From contig JBQTGV010000186.1 in NCBI GenBank assembly GCA_052390515.1, positions 1 to 15,790 of the forward strand: DNA of 15,790 bases, read 5' to 3'. A program made the translations under genes and the position numbers. This DNA comes from Candidatus Eiseniibacteriota bacterium (GTDB lineage Bacteria; ARS69). Below are positions 1-9,208 of the stretch, in pieces (position 1 is the first letter of the stretch; each line of letters begins with the position of its first letter). The notes beneath the pieces are model-generated. The model ran no database searches and was not told the origin of the DNA. It saw nothing but the letters and a program-made list of their open reading frames with translations.

Positions 1-1
1 C

Positions 2-268
2 TGTCACGCCGGCCGCTTCGAGACGTCCATCGTGCTGGCGGAGAGCCCCGAGCTGGTGCGGGAGAGCCGCGCGTCCCTGGTCCCGAATCCGAGCTCGCTC
101 TCGGGGGCCATCCGGAGCGGCCGGCGCACCTTCGAGGAGGCGGGAGGTCCGCGGGCGTACTTCGGGGATCCGGCGGCCGCCACGCCCGAGGAGGGGCGAG
201 AGCGCATCGCCACGCTCGGCGCGATCCTGGAGGAGGCGGTCCTTGACGCCCTCCCGGATTTCCCCTGA
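2..268 (+). CDS. Creatininase-family amidohydrolase, C-terminal part (5' end outside window)
   Basis: Frame 2 is open from base 2: CHAGRFETSIVLAESPELVR...AYFGDPAAATPEEG. HAGxxETS and GDPxxATxExG are characteristic creatininase-family motifs. Stop TGA at 266-268. Confidence 0.85.
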   Translation, partial: CHAGRFETSIVLAESPELVRESRASLVPNPSSLSGAIRSGRRTFEEAGGPRAYFGDPAAATPEEGRERIATLGAILEEAVLDALPDFP

Positions 269-279
269 ACTCGGGCGGC

Positions 280-1047
280 ATGACTCTCGAGGGACGGAAC
301 GCGGTCGTCACCGGCGGCGGCAGCGGCATCGGCGCGGCATGTGCGAGCGCGCTGGCCGCGGAGGGCGCACGCGTCCTGGTGTGCGCGCGGACGCGGGAGA
401 GCGTGGAGCGCGTGGCGGCGGCGATCGGCGGGAAGGCGACGGCCACCCCGTGCGACGTGACCGATCCGGAGAGCGTGCGGGCCATGGCGCGCGTCGCGGC
501 GGAGCGGCTGGGACGCGTGGACATCCTGATCAACAACGCCGGCGCGGGTCACAGCGCGCCGCTGGTCAAGGAGACGCTGGACGACTGGAACCGCATGCTC
601 GCGGTGAACGCGACGAGCGCGTTCCTGTGCACGCGGGAGTTCCTGCCGCGCATGATCGAGGCCGGGTGGGGCCGCGTGGTGAACGTGGCGTCGGTCGCCG
701 GGCTCAGCGGCGCGCGCTACATCGCCTCGTACGCGGCGGCGAAGCACGCCGTGATCGGGCTCACCCGATGCGCGGCGGCGGAGGCGGCCGCCTCCGGCGT
801 CACGGTGAACGCGGTCTGTCCGGGATACGTGGACACCCCGATGACGGAGGCATCCCTGGCGCGGATCATGCAGAGGTCCGGGCTGTCCCGCGAGCAGGCG
901 GGCGCCGCCATCCTCGAGAAGATGCCGCAGGGCCGCCTCGTCACCGCGGAGGAGGTCGCGTGCCAGGTGGTCTCCCTGTGCCGGGAGGGGAGCCGCGGCA
1001 TCAACGGGCAGTGCGTCGTGATCGACGGCGGGGGGTTGCTCTCGTGA
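280..1047 (+). CDS. SDR family NAD(P)-dependent oxidoreductase (3-hydroxyacyl-CoA dehydrogenase-like member of abm cluster)
   Basis: 255 aa; TGGGSGIG, NNAG, catalytic YAAAK, VNAVCPGYVDT and a C-terminal DGG. Confidence 0.93.
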   Translation: MTLEGRNAVVTGGGSGIGAACASALAAEGARVLVCARTRESVERVAAAIGGKATATPCDVTDPESVRAMARVAAERLGRVDILINNAGAGHSAPLVKETLDDWNRMLAVNATSAFLCTREFLPRMIEAGWGRVVNVASVAGLSGARYIASYAAAKHAVIGLTRCAAAEAAASGVTVNAVCPGYVDTPMTEASLARIMQRSGLSREQAGAAILEKMPQGRLVTAEEVACQVVSLCREGSRGINGQCVVIDGGGLLS

Positions 1048-1090
1048 GCGAGGCCGTCGTCGGCTGCCCTTTCCGGGCGGAGCGCTAGCC

Positions 1091-1483
1091 GTGTGGGACG
1101 CGGTGAACCCGCCGTCGCTCCCGGAGCCGCGCGGCTTCGCCCACGGGATGCTCTCCCTCGAGGGTGGCCGCCTGCTGCTCGTCGCCGGGCAGACCGCGGC
1201 GGTCGGCGACCGTGCGACCGGCGACTTCGCCGCGCAGTTCGCGGCGGCGCTCGACCGTGTCCTCGTGGTCGTGCGAGCGGTCGGCGGCGGGCCGGAGCAC
1301 GTCGGCCGCCTCACCGTGTACGTGACCGACCTCGCGCGGTACCGGGCCTGCCGCCGCGAGCTCGGCACGGTGTGGCGCGAGCGCTTCGGGACGCACTATC
1401 CGGCGATGGCGCTCGTCGAGGTGAAGGCATTGCTCGACGAGGGCACGCTCGTCGAGATGGAAGCCACGGCGGTCGTTCCCTGA
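1091..1483 (+). CDS. Rid (YjgF/YER057c/UK114) family protein, Arg-less type
   Basis: 130 aa from GTG with GGAG about 9 nt upstream; PRGFAHG, VAGQ, YPAMALVEV and LVEMEATA motifs. Confidence 0.9.
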   Translation: MWDAVNPPSLPEPRGFAHGMLSLEGGRLLLVAGQTAAVGDRATGDFAAQFAAALDRVLVVVRAVGGGPEHVGRLTVYVTDLARYRACRRELGTVWRERFGTHYPAMALVEVKALLDEGTLVEMEATAVVP

Positions 1484-1489
1484 GAGGAG
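1483..1489 (+). promoter_or_regulatory. Shine-Dalgarno sequence of the crotonase gene
   Basis: AGAGGAG lies 5 nt before the ATG at 1495. Confidence 0.75.
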
Positions 1490-1494
1490 ACACC

Positions 1495-2292
1495 ATGCGG
1501 TCCCCCAAGTCCTTCCTCTACGAGCACGACCGGGCGAGCTCGGTGGTCACCCTCACGCTGAATCGGCCGGAGCGGCTCAACGCGCTCACCTTCGAGGTGT
1601 ACGCGGAGCTGCGTGACACCTTCGACGCGCTGGGAGACGAGGACGGCGTTCGCGCCGTGGTGCTGACCGGCGCGGGGCGCGCGTTCTGCTCCGGAGGCGA
1701 CGTCGAGGACATCATCGGCGCGCTGCTCGGCCGGCGGTTCGAAGCCCTGCACGACTTCACGATGCTCACCTGCGACCTGATCCTCTCGATCCGCGCCTGC
1801 CCGCGCCCGGTCGTCGCGGCGCTCAACGGCACGGTGGCCGGGGCCGGCGCCGTCGTCGCCTCGGCCTGCGATTTCCGCATCGCGGCGGAGTCGGCGAAGA
1901 TCGCGTTCCTGTTTCCGCGCGTCGGGCTCTCCGGCGCGGACATGGGCGCGTGCTGGCTGCTGCCGCGCCTCGTCGGGCTCGGCCACGCGACCGAGCTCTT
2001 GATGACCGGGGACTTCGTCGACGCGCGGCGCGCGGAGCGCATCGGGCTCTACACCCGCGTCGTCGCCGACGGAGAGGCCCTGCGCGAGGCACGCGCTCTG
2101 GCGGAGAAGCTCGCGCGGGGACCGGCCGCGGCGACCGCCGTCACCAAGGACATGCTGAATCGCGAGGCGTCGATGTCGCTGGAGAGCGCGCTCGGTGCGG
2201 AGGCGCGCGTGCAGGCCGCCCTCATGCAGGGGCCGGACTTCCAGGAAGCGTTCGAGGCGTTCCGGGCGAAGCGAGAGGCGAGGTTCCGCTGA
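1495..2292 (+). CDS. Enoyl-CoA hydratase/isomerase (crotonase) family protein
   Basis: 265 aa from ATG 1495 (good RBS; the ORF track start at 1093 overlaps the Rid gene). Motifs [25 protein letters not shown] and A..IGL. Confidence 0.92.
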   Translation: MRSPKSFLYEHDRASSVVTLTLNRPERLNALTFEVYAELRDTFDALGDEDGVRAVVLTGAGRAFCSGGDVEDIIGALLGRRFEALHDFTMLTCDLILSIRACPRPVVAALNGTVAGAGAVVASACDFRIAAESAKIAFLFPRVGLSGADMGACWLLPRLVGLGHATELLMTGDFVDARRAERIGLYTRVVADGEALREARALAEKLARGPAAATAVTKDMLNREASMSLESALGAEARVQAALMQGPDFQEAFEAFRAKREARFR

Positions 2293-2294
2293 CC

Positions 2295-3440
2295 ATGCCC
2301 GATCCCGGAACGGTGCGGGCGTTCCTCGAGGAGCGGCACGTCCAGCTCGCCGCGCGCGTGACCGAGTGGGTGCGGACGGAGATCGCTCCGCTCCCCGAAC
2401 CGGCGGACGACGGCGAGGCTCGGGCGCAGGCGCGCTTCGTGCTCCATCTGCTGGGGTCCGCCGGCTGGCTCCGGCCGATCGAGGAGCGGGACGCACGCGC
2501 TTGCGGGCTGATCCGCGAGTCGCTGGCCGAAGCTTCGCCGCTCGCCGACGCGGTCTTCGCCCTGCAGGCGCTGGGGACGACGCCGCTGCTGCTCGCCGGC
2601 GCCGCCGGGCCGGCGAAGCGCTGGATCGACGCCGCGCTCGCCGGCGAAGCGATGGCGGCCTTCGCCATGACCGAGCCGGAGGCGGGCTCGGACGTGGCGG
2701 CCATGACGACGAGCGCACGGCTCGACGGCGACTCGTACGTGCTCGACGGCACGAAGACCCTGATCTCCAACGCCGGGCTCGCGGACTTCTACGTCGTGTT
2801 CGCCCAGTCCGAGCCGGCGAAGGGCAAGAAGGGCATCGTCGCGGTCGTCGTGCCGGCGGACTCACCGGGACTCCGCTTCGTGAAGGCGCAGATCCTGAGC
2901 GCGCCGCACCCGCTGGGGGAGATCGCATTCTCGGATTGCCGGGTTCCCGCCGCGAACCGCCTCGGCGGCGAGGGTGCGGGCCTGCGCATCGGGCTGGCGA
3001 CGCTCGACCGCCTGCGTGCCACGGTGGCTGCGTCGGCCTGCGGCATGGCCGGCCGCGCGCTCGACGAAGCCTGCGCCTGGGCGAAGGCCCGCCGCCAGTT
3101 CGGCAAGCTGCTCGCCGAGCACCAGCTCGTGCAGGCGAAGATCGCGCGGATGGCGACCGACCTCGCCGCGGCGCGGCTGCTCACCTACCACGCGCTCCGG
3201 GAGAAGGACCTGGGGGCGGAGCGCACCGGCATGGAGTCGGGGATGGCCAAGGCCTTCGCCACCGAGGCCGCGCAGCGCATCGTGGACGACGCTGTGCAGA
3301 TCCTCGGCGGGCGCGGCGTGCTCGCGGAGCATCCCGTGGAGCGCCTGTACCGTGCGGTGCGTGCGCTGCGCATCTACGAGGGCACGACCGAGATCCAGCA
3401 GCTGATCATCGCCGGGCACCTGCTGGCGGACGCGAGCTGA
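2295..3440 (+). CDS. Acyl-CoA dehydrogenase family protein
   Basis: 381 aa from ATG 2295, 2 nt after the upstream stop. Motifs [35 protein letters not shown] and IYEGTTEIQ (catalytic Glu). Confidence 0.94.
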   Translation: MPDPGTVRAFLEERHVQLAARVTEWVRTEIAPLPEPADDGEARAQARFVLHLLGSAGWLRPIEERDARACGLIRESLAEASPLADAVFALQALGTTPLLLAGAAGPAKRWIDAALAGEAMAAFAMTEPEAGSDVAAMTTSARLDGDSYVLDGTKTLISNAGLADFYVVFAQSEPAKGKKGIVAVVVPADSPGLRFVKAQILSAPHPLGEIAFSDCRVPAANRLGGEGAGLRIGLATLDRLRATVAASACGMAGRALDEACAWAKARRQFGKLLAEHQLVQAKIARMATDLAAARLLTYHALREKDLGAERTGMESGMAKAFATEAAQRIVDDAVQILGGRGVLAEHPVERLYRAVRALRIYEGTTEIQQLIIAGHLLADAS

Positions 3441-3442
3441 CC

Positions 3443-5701
3443 GTGCGCATCGTCAGCGTCGGCGGCGGGCCCGCGGGCCTCTGGTTCGCCATCCTGATGA
3501 AGCGGGCGGATGCGCGGCACGAGGTGCTCGTGCTGGAGCGCAACCGGCCGGACGACACCTTCGGGTTCGGCGTCGTCTTCTCCGACGCGACGCTGACGAA
3601 CCTCGAGGCCGCCGATCCGCAGACGCTCGCAGCGATCCGGCGGAGCTTCTACCACTGGGACGACATCGACATCCACTTCGGCGGGCGCGTGCATTCGTCC
3701 ACCGGGCACGGCTTCGCCGGCATCTCCCGTCTCCGTCTGCTCCAGATCCTGGACGCGCGCTGCCGGGAGCTCGGCGTCGAGATCCGCTACGTGAACGAGG
3801 TCCGCGATCTTCGCGAGTACGAAGGCGCCGATCTGATCCTCGGCGCCGACGGCGTCAACAGCACCGTGCGAACGCTCCTCGCGGATCGTTTCCGGCCGAG
3901 CACCGACCTGCGGCCGAACCAGTTCGTGTGGCTGGGTACGACGCGGCCGTTTCCGGCGTTCACCTTCTATTTCAAGGCGAACGCGCACGGCCTATGGCGG
4001 GTGCACGCCTACCAGTACGAGGAGCGCGGGCTCTCCACGTTCATCGTGGAGACGACCGACGAGGCGTTCCGCGCGTCCGGGCTCGCCGTCGACGACGAGA
4101 GCGCGACGATCGCGTTCTGCGAGGAGCTCTGCCGGGAGGAGCTCGGCGGCCACCGCCTGCTGGGTAACCGCTCGGTCTGGCGGAACTTCCCGACGGTGAC
4201 GAACGAGGTCTGGAGCCACGGCAACGTCGTGCTGATCGGCGACGCCGCGCACACCGCGCACTTCTCGGTCGGCTCGGGAACGAAGCTGGCCATGGAGGAC
4301 GCGATCGCGCTGGCGGAGGCGCTCGGCAGCGAGCCCGACGTGGGGCGGGCGCTGCGCCGCTACGAAGAGCGGCGCCGGCCCGACGTGGAGAGCCTGCAAC
4401 GTGCCGCGCAGGCGTCCCTCGCCTGGTTCGAGAACACAGAGCGCTACGTCCGCTCCGAGCCGATCCAGTTCGGCTTCAACCTGCTGACCCGCAGCCTGCG
4501 CATCACCCACCAGGACCTTCGCGTCCGGGATCCGGCGTACGTCGACCGCGTGGACTCGTGGTTCGCGGCGAGGGCGGCGGAGCAGATCGGCGCTCCTGCG
4601 CCCGGCGGCGGGCCGATCCCGCCTCCGATGTTCACGCCGTTCCGCCTGCGCGGCCTGACGCTCGCGAACCGGGTCGTCGTGTCGGCCATGTGCCAGTACC
4701 GGGCCGAAGACGGAACGCCGAACGACTGGCACCTCGTGCACCTCGGCAGCCGCGCGGTCGGCGGGGCCGGCCTCGTCATGACGGAGATGACCGACGTGAG
4801 CGAGGACGCACGCATTTCCCCGGGGTGCACCGGCATGTACACGTCCGAGCACGTGGCCGCCTGGCGCCGCATCGTGGACTTCGTGCACGCCGAGAGCGGG
4901 GCGAAGATCGGAATCCAGCTCGGGCACGCCGGCCGCAAGGGCGCGACGAAGCTCGCCTGGGAGGGCGCGGACGAGCCGCTCCCGGACGGCGGCTGGCCGC
5001 TGCTGTCCGCGTCGGCGCTGGCTTGGCGCGAGGCGAACCGGATCCCCAAGGAGATGGATGCGGACGACATGCGCCGCGTGACGCGGGACTTCGTGCAAGC
5101 CGCGCGCATGTCCGTGGACGCGGGATTCGATCTGTTGGAGATCCACTTCGCCCACGGCTACCTGCTGGCCGGCTTCGTCTCCCCGCTCACCAACCTACGG
5201 CGGGACGAGTACGGCGGGACGCTCTCGAACCGCCTGCGCTTCCCGCTGGAGGTGCTGGACGCGGTGCGGGCCGCGTGGCCGGCCGGGAAGCCGGTCTCGG
5301 TGCGCATCTCCGCGGTGGACTGGGCGCCCGGTGGAACGACGCCCGACGATGCGGTGGAGATCGCCCGGATGCTGAAGGAGCACGGCTGCGATCTGGTCGA
5401 CGTCTCCGCGGGCCAGACCGTACCGCACCAGAAGCCTCGCTACGGGCGGCAGTTCCAGACGCCCTTCGCCGACCGCATCCGGCACGAGGCCGGCGTGGCC
5501 ACGATGGCGGTCGGCAACATCTCCTCGTACATGGACGTGAACACGATCCTCGCGGCGGGGCGCGCGGACCTGTGCGCGCTGGCGCGCGCGCACCTGTGGG
5601 ATCCGTACTGGACGCGGAACGCCGCGCAGAAGCTGGGTTGGCCGCTGGCGTGGCCGGCTCCCTACACGAGTTTGGCGAACTACACGCCGCGGTTCGAGTA
5701 G
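3443..5701 (+). CDS. abmA: Bifunctional anthraniloyl-CoA (2-aminobenzoyl-CoA) monooxygenase/reductase, salicylyl-CoA 5-hydroxylase family
   Basis: 752 aa from GTG 3443. N-terminal FAD monooxygenase domain ([44 protein letters not shown]) is fused to an Old Yellow Enzyme domain ([36 protein letters not shown]). Neighbouring genes match the Azoarcus evansii abm cluster set. Confidence 0.9.
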   Translation: MRIVSVGGGPAGLWFAILMKRADARHEVLVLERNRPDDTFGFGVVFSDATLTNLEAADPQTLAAIRRSFYHWDDIDIHFGGRVHSSTGHGFAGISRLRLLQILDARCRELGVEIRYVNEVRDLREYEGADLILGADGVNSTVRTLLADRFRPSTDLRPNQFVWLGTTRPFPAFTFYFKANAHGLWRVHAYQYEERGLSTFIVETTDEAFRASGLAVDDESATIAFCEELCREELGGHRLLGNRSVWRNFPTVTNEVWSHGNVVLIGDAAHTAHFSVGSGTKLAMEDAIALAEALGSEPDVGRALRRYEERRRPDVESLQRAAQASLAWFENTERYVRSEPIQFGFNLLTRSLRITHQDLRVRDPAYVDRVDSWFAARAAEQIGAPAPGGGPIPPPMFTPFRLRGLTLANRVVVSAMCQYRAEDGTPNDWHLVHLGSRAVGGAGLVMTEMTDVSEDARISPGCTGMYTSEHVAAWRRIVDFVHAESGAKIGIQLGHAGRKGATKLAWEGADEPLPDGGWPLLSASALAWREANRIPKEMDADDMRRVTRDFVQAARMSVDAGFDLLEIHFAHGYLLAGFVSPLTNLRRDEYGGTLSNRLRFPLEVLDAVRAAWPAGKPVSVRISAVDWAPGGTTPDDAVEIARMLKEHGCDLVDVSAGQTVPHQKPRYGRQFQTPFADRIRHEAGVATMAVGNISSYMDVNTILAAGRADLCALARAHLWDPYWTRNAAQKLGWPLAWPAPYTSLANYTPRFE

Positions 5702-6987
5702 ACCGACTCGGCCAGGGACTCCACGCGCGGCGCGTCCGCGAGCAGCGCGGCGCAACGCTCGCGCACGCCGTCGAGCTTCACGCGGCTCAGGAACGCGGAG
5801 TAGGCGAGGTAGGCCAACATCCAGCGCAGGTCCTTCGCCCAGGGGGGGAGGAAGAGCGGCGGGCAGCACAGCCCCTCGGCCGCGAGCAGGCACAGCGCCG
5901 GCAGGTCCTCGAGGTCCAGCTTCCCGCAGAACAGGAGGCGAAGGCAGTCGGCCCGGCCCTGCACGACGACGGCGCGCAGGAAGTTGTGCACGCGCAGCAG
6001 GCCGTCGAGGTACACGACGTCCTTCGTGAAGGGAGCGCCGCCCTCCAGCACCCCGCCGCGGAACACGCGCCGTGCGCTCTCGAAGGCCTGGGCAGGCTCG
6101 GCGCCGCGGTCCTGGAAGAAGCGGAACAATTCGAGGAAGTTCGCGCCCTCGGCGGCCATCTGGATCGCGCGGACGCGACCGGCGAGCCGCGAGAGGCGGT
6201 CCAGGTCCATCGAGCCGCTCACGAACTCGGCGAAGACGGCGAGTCCCTCCTGCGTGCGCGTCGTCCCGGCGTGACCGGCGGCGAGGATGGGCAGGTCGAG
6301 CTGCGCGCGCCCGTTGAGCGACGTGCCGACGTGCACGTACGCCTCGTGGTGGATGAGCTGGTCGACGTCCTTGTCGGTGAAGCTCGCGGTGCGGCGGATG
6401 CGGATCGCGCGGGGGCCGGCGAGCGCGTTGGCCGACAGCTCGTCGACCAGGACCACGTCCGGCGCGAGCGGGCCGAAGTGCGCGACGACGGCCTCGCGCA
6501 TGCGCTCCGCCACGGCCGAAGCGAGATGGCAGGCCGCGGGCGGCGCGCCGAGATCCAGCCCGTCGAGCCCGGCCAGGACCTCTTCCAGCTGATCGGCCAG
6601 GGCGAGCGCGGTGGTGGACTCGCCGGCCAGCGCCTCGGCAGGCGTTCCGTAGAGGCTCCGCGAGCACGCGAAGAACTCCGGCGTTCCTGCGGCGGCCAGC
6701 ATGCGCGCGGACGTCTCGATCGCGTCGGCCTGCCGCGCGAGCCAGCGGTCCACCGGACCCTCGCCGCGGATCTCGCGGCGCGCCTCGGAGAGCGCGGCGA
6801 AGGTCGGGTCGACGTCGAACCGCGGATAGGTGACGACCGGGAGCCGCGTGCCCTGCGCGGCGAGGAAGCGCTCGCGCACGTCGTTGCCCCACGACAGGTA
6901 GGACAGGATCCGGACGGGACTCTCCGCACGGCGCAAGGCGAGTGCCACGCGGCGGATGCGGTCGCGCTCGGTCGGCGGGAAGGTCAC
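5680..6987 (-). CDS. DUF1704 / QEGLA-motif protein, MATCAP-like zinc metallocarboxypeptidase
   Basis: 435 aa from GTG (start uncertain, no clear RBS). HEAYVH (HExxxH, 6348-6331), TRTQEGLA (QEGLA 6252-6238), RVFRGG and [10 protein letters not shown]. Confidence 0.88.
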   Translation of the reverse strand: MTFPPTERDRIRRVALALRRAESPVRILSYLSWGNDVRERFLAAQGTRLPVVTYPRFDVDPTFAALSEARREIRGEGPVDRWLARQADAIETSARMLAAAGTPEFFACSRSLYGTPAEALAGESTTALALADQLEEVLAGLDGLDLGAPPAACHLASAVAERMREAVVAHFGPLAPDVVLVDELSANALAGPRAIRIRRTASFTDKDVDQLIHHEAYVHVGTSLNGRAQLDLPILAAGHAGTTRTQEGLAVFAEFVSGSMDLDRLSRLAGRVRAIQMAAEGANFLELFRFFQDRGAEPAQAFESARRVFRGGVLEGGAPFTKDVVYLDGLLRVHNFLRAVVVQGRADCLRLLFCGKLDLEDLPALCLLAAEGLCCPPLFLPPWAKDLRWMLAYLAYSAFLSRVKLDGVRERCAALLADAPRVESLAESVYSNRGV

Positions 6988-7017
6988 GGGAGGCTCGGTC
7001 CGGCGTGGGGGCGCTGG

Positions 7018-9201
7018 CTACGTCTTCGTTTCGACCCGAGCCGCGACCGACTTGAACGCCGGCGTCCGCGACCGCGGATCGACGTTCGCCGGGACGAGCA
7101 CGTTCGCCTCCGGGTAGTACATGGCGAGGCTGCCGGGGCGGATGTCCACGACCGCGACACGCACGCGTGCGCGCCCGGTCTCGGTCGCCACGGTCACGGG
7201 GTCGCCTTCGCTCAGGCCGAGCCGCCGCGCGTCGTCGCCCGACATCATGACCACGTCTCGGCGCTTGTTTCCACGGTAGAGATCCTCCTCTTCGTAGACG
7301 ACGGTGTTGAACTGTCCTTCGGACCGCAGCGTGGTGAGGCGGAACTCGCCGGGCGCGGGGGCGAAGTCCGGGAGCGGCGTGCGGTGGAAGCGGGCGCGTC
7401 CGTCGGGCGTGGCGAAGCGCGGCTCGTGGAACGTCCGTCCGGCGATGCAGAACTCGCCGCCGCCCGAGTCGATGCGCGCCATCGCCTCGAAGCCGGGAAC
7501 CGTCCGCGCGATCGCCCGGCGGAGTTCGCCGTGCGAGCGCAGAGCCGCCCAGTCGAAGCGACCCGGAGGCAGGATCCGCTCGGCCAGCCCGGCGATGATC
7601 TCGACCTCGGAACGCATCTCGCCCTGGGCCGGCCGCGCGCCGCCGGAGGAGAGCCGCACGAAGTTGAACATGGACTCCTGCGTCGTCGCCTCCTGCTCCT
7701 CGTCGCGGGCGAGCACCGGGACGATGACCGCGGCGCGTCCGCGGCCGTGGACGTGCCCGGCGTTCAGCTTCGTGGTCATCGAGAACGAGAACGGGATGCG
7801 GCGGAGCGCCCGGCTAGCCCAGACGGAGTCCGGGTTGCTGGCCCACAGGTTCCCGCCGAGGAGCACGGACGCGCGCACCCGCCCCCCGTCGGCCGCCAGC
7901 ATCGAGGCGAAGGTGTCGTCGCCGCCGCCCTCCGGGACACGGATGGCGAAGATCTCCTCCAGGCGCCGCGCGAACTCCGCGCGGAGCTTCGGCGTCACAC
8001 CGACGGAGCCGACGCCCTGCACGTTGGAGTGGCCGCGGATGGGAAGAAGACCGGCGCCGGGCCGACCGAGCCATCCGCGCGCCAGCGCGACGTTCGCCAG
8101 AGCGAGCACGTTGTCCACCCCGTGCCGGTGGTGGGTCAGGCCCATCGCCCAGGCGAGGATCCCCTTCCCGGCTCCGGCGATGCGGCGGACGGCGGCGTCC
8201 ACGGCGTCTCGCGGGACACCGGACCGGGCGACGAGATCGTCCCAGGAAGCTTCGAGCGCGTCGCGGCGGACCGCGTCGAAGCCCGCCGTGTGCGCGGCGA
8301 CGAACTTCTCGTCGACGGCGCCGGCCTCGATGACGCCCTTGAGCAGCGCATGGAACAGCGCGACGTCGCCTCCGACGTGCGGCTGCAGGTAGAGCTCGGC
8401 CACCTTCGAGCCGAAGAGGAGACTTCGCGGATCGGAAGGGACGCGGAAGCGCTGCAGCCCGAGCTCGCGCACGGGATTCACCACGATGACGGACCCGCCG
8501 CGCCGGCGGAGCCGCACCAGTTCGGTGATCAGCCTCGGGTGGTTGCTCGCGGGATTCGCCCCGGCGAGCAGCACGAGATCGGTCTTCGCCAGATCCTCGA
8601 GCACCAGGGACGCCGTGCCCGAACCGTAGACGTCGGCCAGCGCGACTCCGGAAGCGGCGTGGCAGTAGTACGAGCAGTTGTGGATGTGGCGGCAGCCCCA
8701 GGCCCGCGCCACGAGCTGCAAGAGGAACGCGGCCTCGTTGCTGGAGCGGCCGGAGGCGTAGAAGAAGGCCTCGTCCGGCGGCGTGTCGCGGAGCGCGGCG
8801 GCGGTGCGCTCCATCGCCTCGTCCCAGCCGATGCGGCGGAACCGGTCGTCGCCCTCGCCGGCCAACACCGGGAAGGCTAGGCGTCCCGCGCGCTCGAACT
8901 CCGCCGAGGTCATGCGCTCCATCGCGGCGATCGGCGTGGACGCGAACCAGGACTCGGTGACCGCGGCGGCCATGTCGCCGGCCTGTGCCTGCACCGACTT
9001 CTTGCAGACCTCGGGAAAGCGGCCGGCCTCGTTGGCCATGCCGCCACGCTCGCCGCCCATGCCGAGCGCGCACGTCTTGCACGCGTTGCGGGAGCGCAGC
9101 CTTCGCCAGAGCGGGAGCAGTCCGCCGGCTTCGCGTCCCTTCTGCAGGACATAGCGGATCGAGGCCAGCCCGCCGCCGGCGTCGACGCGGGGGTTGGCCA
9201 T
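7018..9201 (-). CDS. FdhF/YdeP family molybdopterin oxidoreductase (formate dehydrogenase alpha-like)
   Basis: 727 aa from ATG 9201 (the ORF extends to 9237, inside the palindromic element). Motifs CKTC...C, FYASGRSSNEAAF, NCSYYCH, GANPASNHPR, AMGLTHH, PIRGHSNVQG, RSEGQFNT, YYPEANVL and SRTPAFKS. Confidence 0.92.
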   Translation of the reverse strand: MANPRVDAGGGLASIRYVLQKGREAGGLLPLWRRLRSRNACKTCALGMGGERGGMANEAGRFPEVCKKSVQAQAGDMAAAVTESWFASTPIAAMERMTSAEFERAGRLAFPVLAGEGDDRFRRIGWDEAMERTAAALRDTPPDEAFFYASGRSSNEAAFLLQLVARAWGCRHIHNCSYYCHAASGVALADVYGSGTASLVLEDLAKTDLVLLAGANPASNHPRLITELVRLRRRGGSVIVVNPVRELGLQRFRVPSDPRSLLFGSKVAELYLQPHVGGDVALFHALLKGVIEAGAVDEKFVAAHTAGFDAVRRDALEASWDDLVARSGVPRDAVDAAVRRIAGAGKGILAWAMGLTHHRHGVDNVLALANVALARGWLGRPGAGLLPIRGHSNVQGVGSVGVTPKLRAEFARRLEEIFAIRVPEGGGDDTFASMLAADGGRVRASVLLGGNLWASNPDSVWASRALRRIPFSFSMTTKLNAGHVHGRGRAAVIVPVLARDEEQEATTQESMFNFVRLSSGGARPAQGEMRSEVEIIAGLAERILPPGRFDWAALRSHGELRRAIARTVPGFEAMARIDSGGGEFCIAGRTFHEPRFATPDGRARFHRTPLPDFAPAPGEFRLTTLRSEGQFNTVVYEEEDLYRGNKRRDVVMMSGDDARRLGLSEGDPVTVATETGRARVRVAVVDIRPGSLAMYYPEANVLVPANVDPRSRTPAFKSVAARVETKT

Positions 9202-9208
9202 TATGACA

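Noticed and set aside
4558-8880. 1440-aa + strand ORF and other long alternative-frame ORFs (4..1368, 1396..2928, 5195..6892, 13784..15781 and similar)
   Set aside because: They are Arg/Ala/Gly/Pro-rich, lack recognisable motifs and overlap well-supported genes. Such shadow ORFs are expected at high GC.
7018-9201. Selenocysteine recoding in the formate-dehydrogenase-like gene
   Set aside because: There is no in-frame TGA; the ligand position is Cys (CSYYCH).
9200-9208. Extended -10-like TGTCATAAT on the - strand
   Set aside because: It overlaps the probable start ATG, so a transcript from it would lack that codon, and no nearby alternative start exists.
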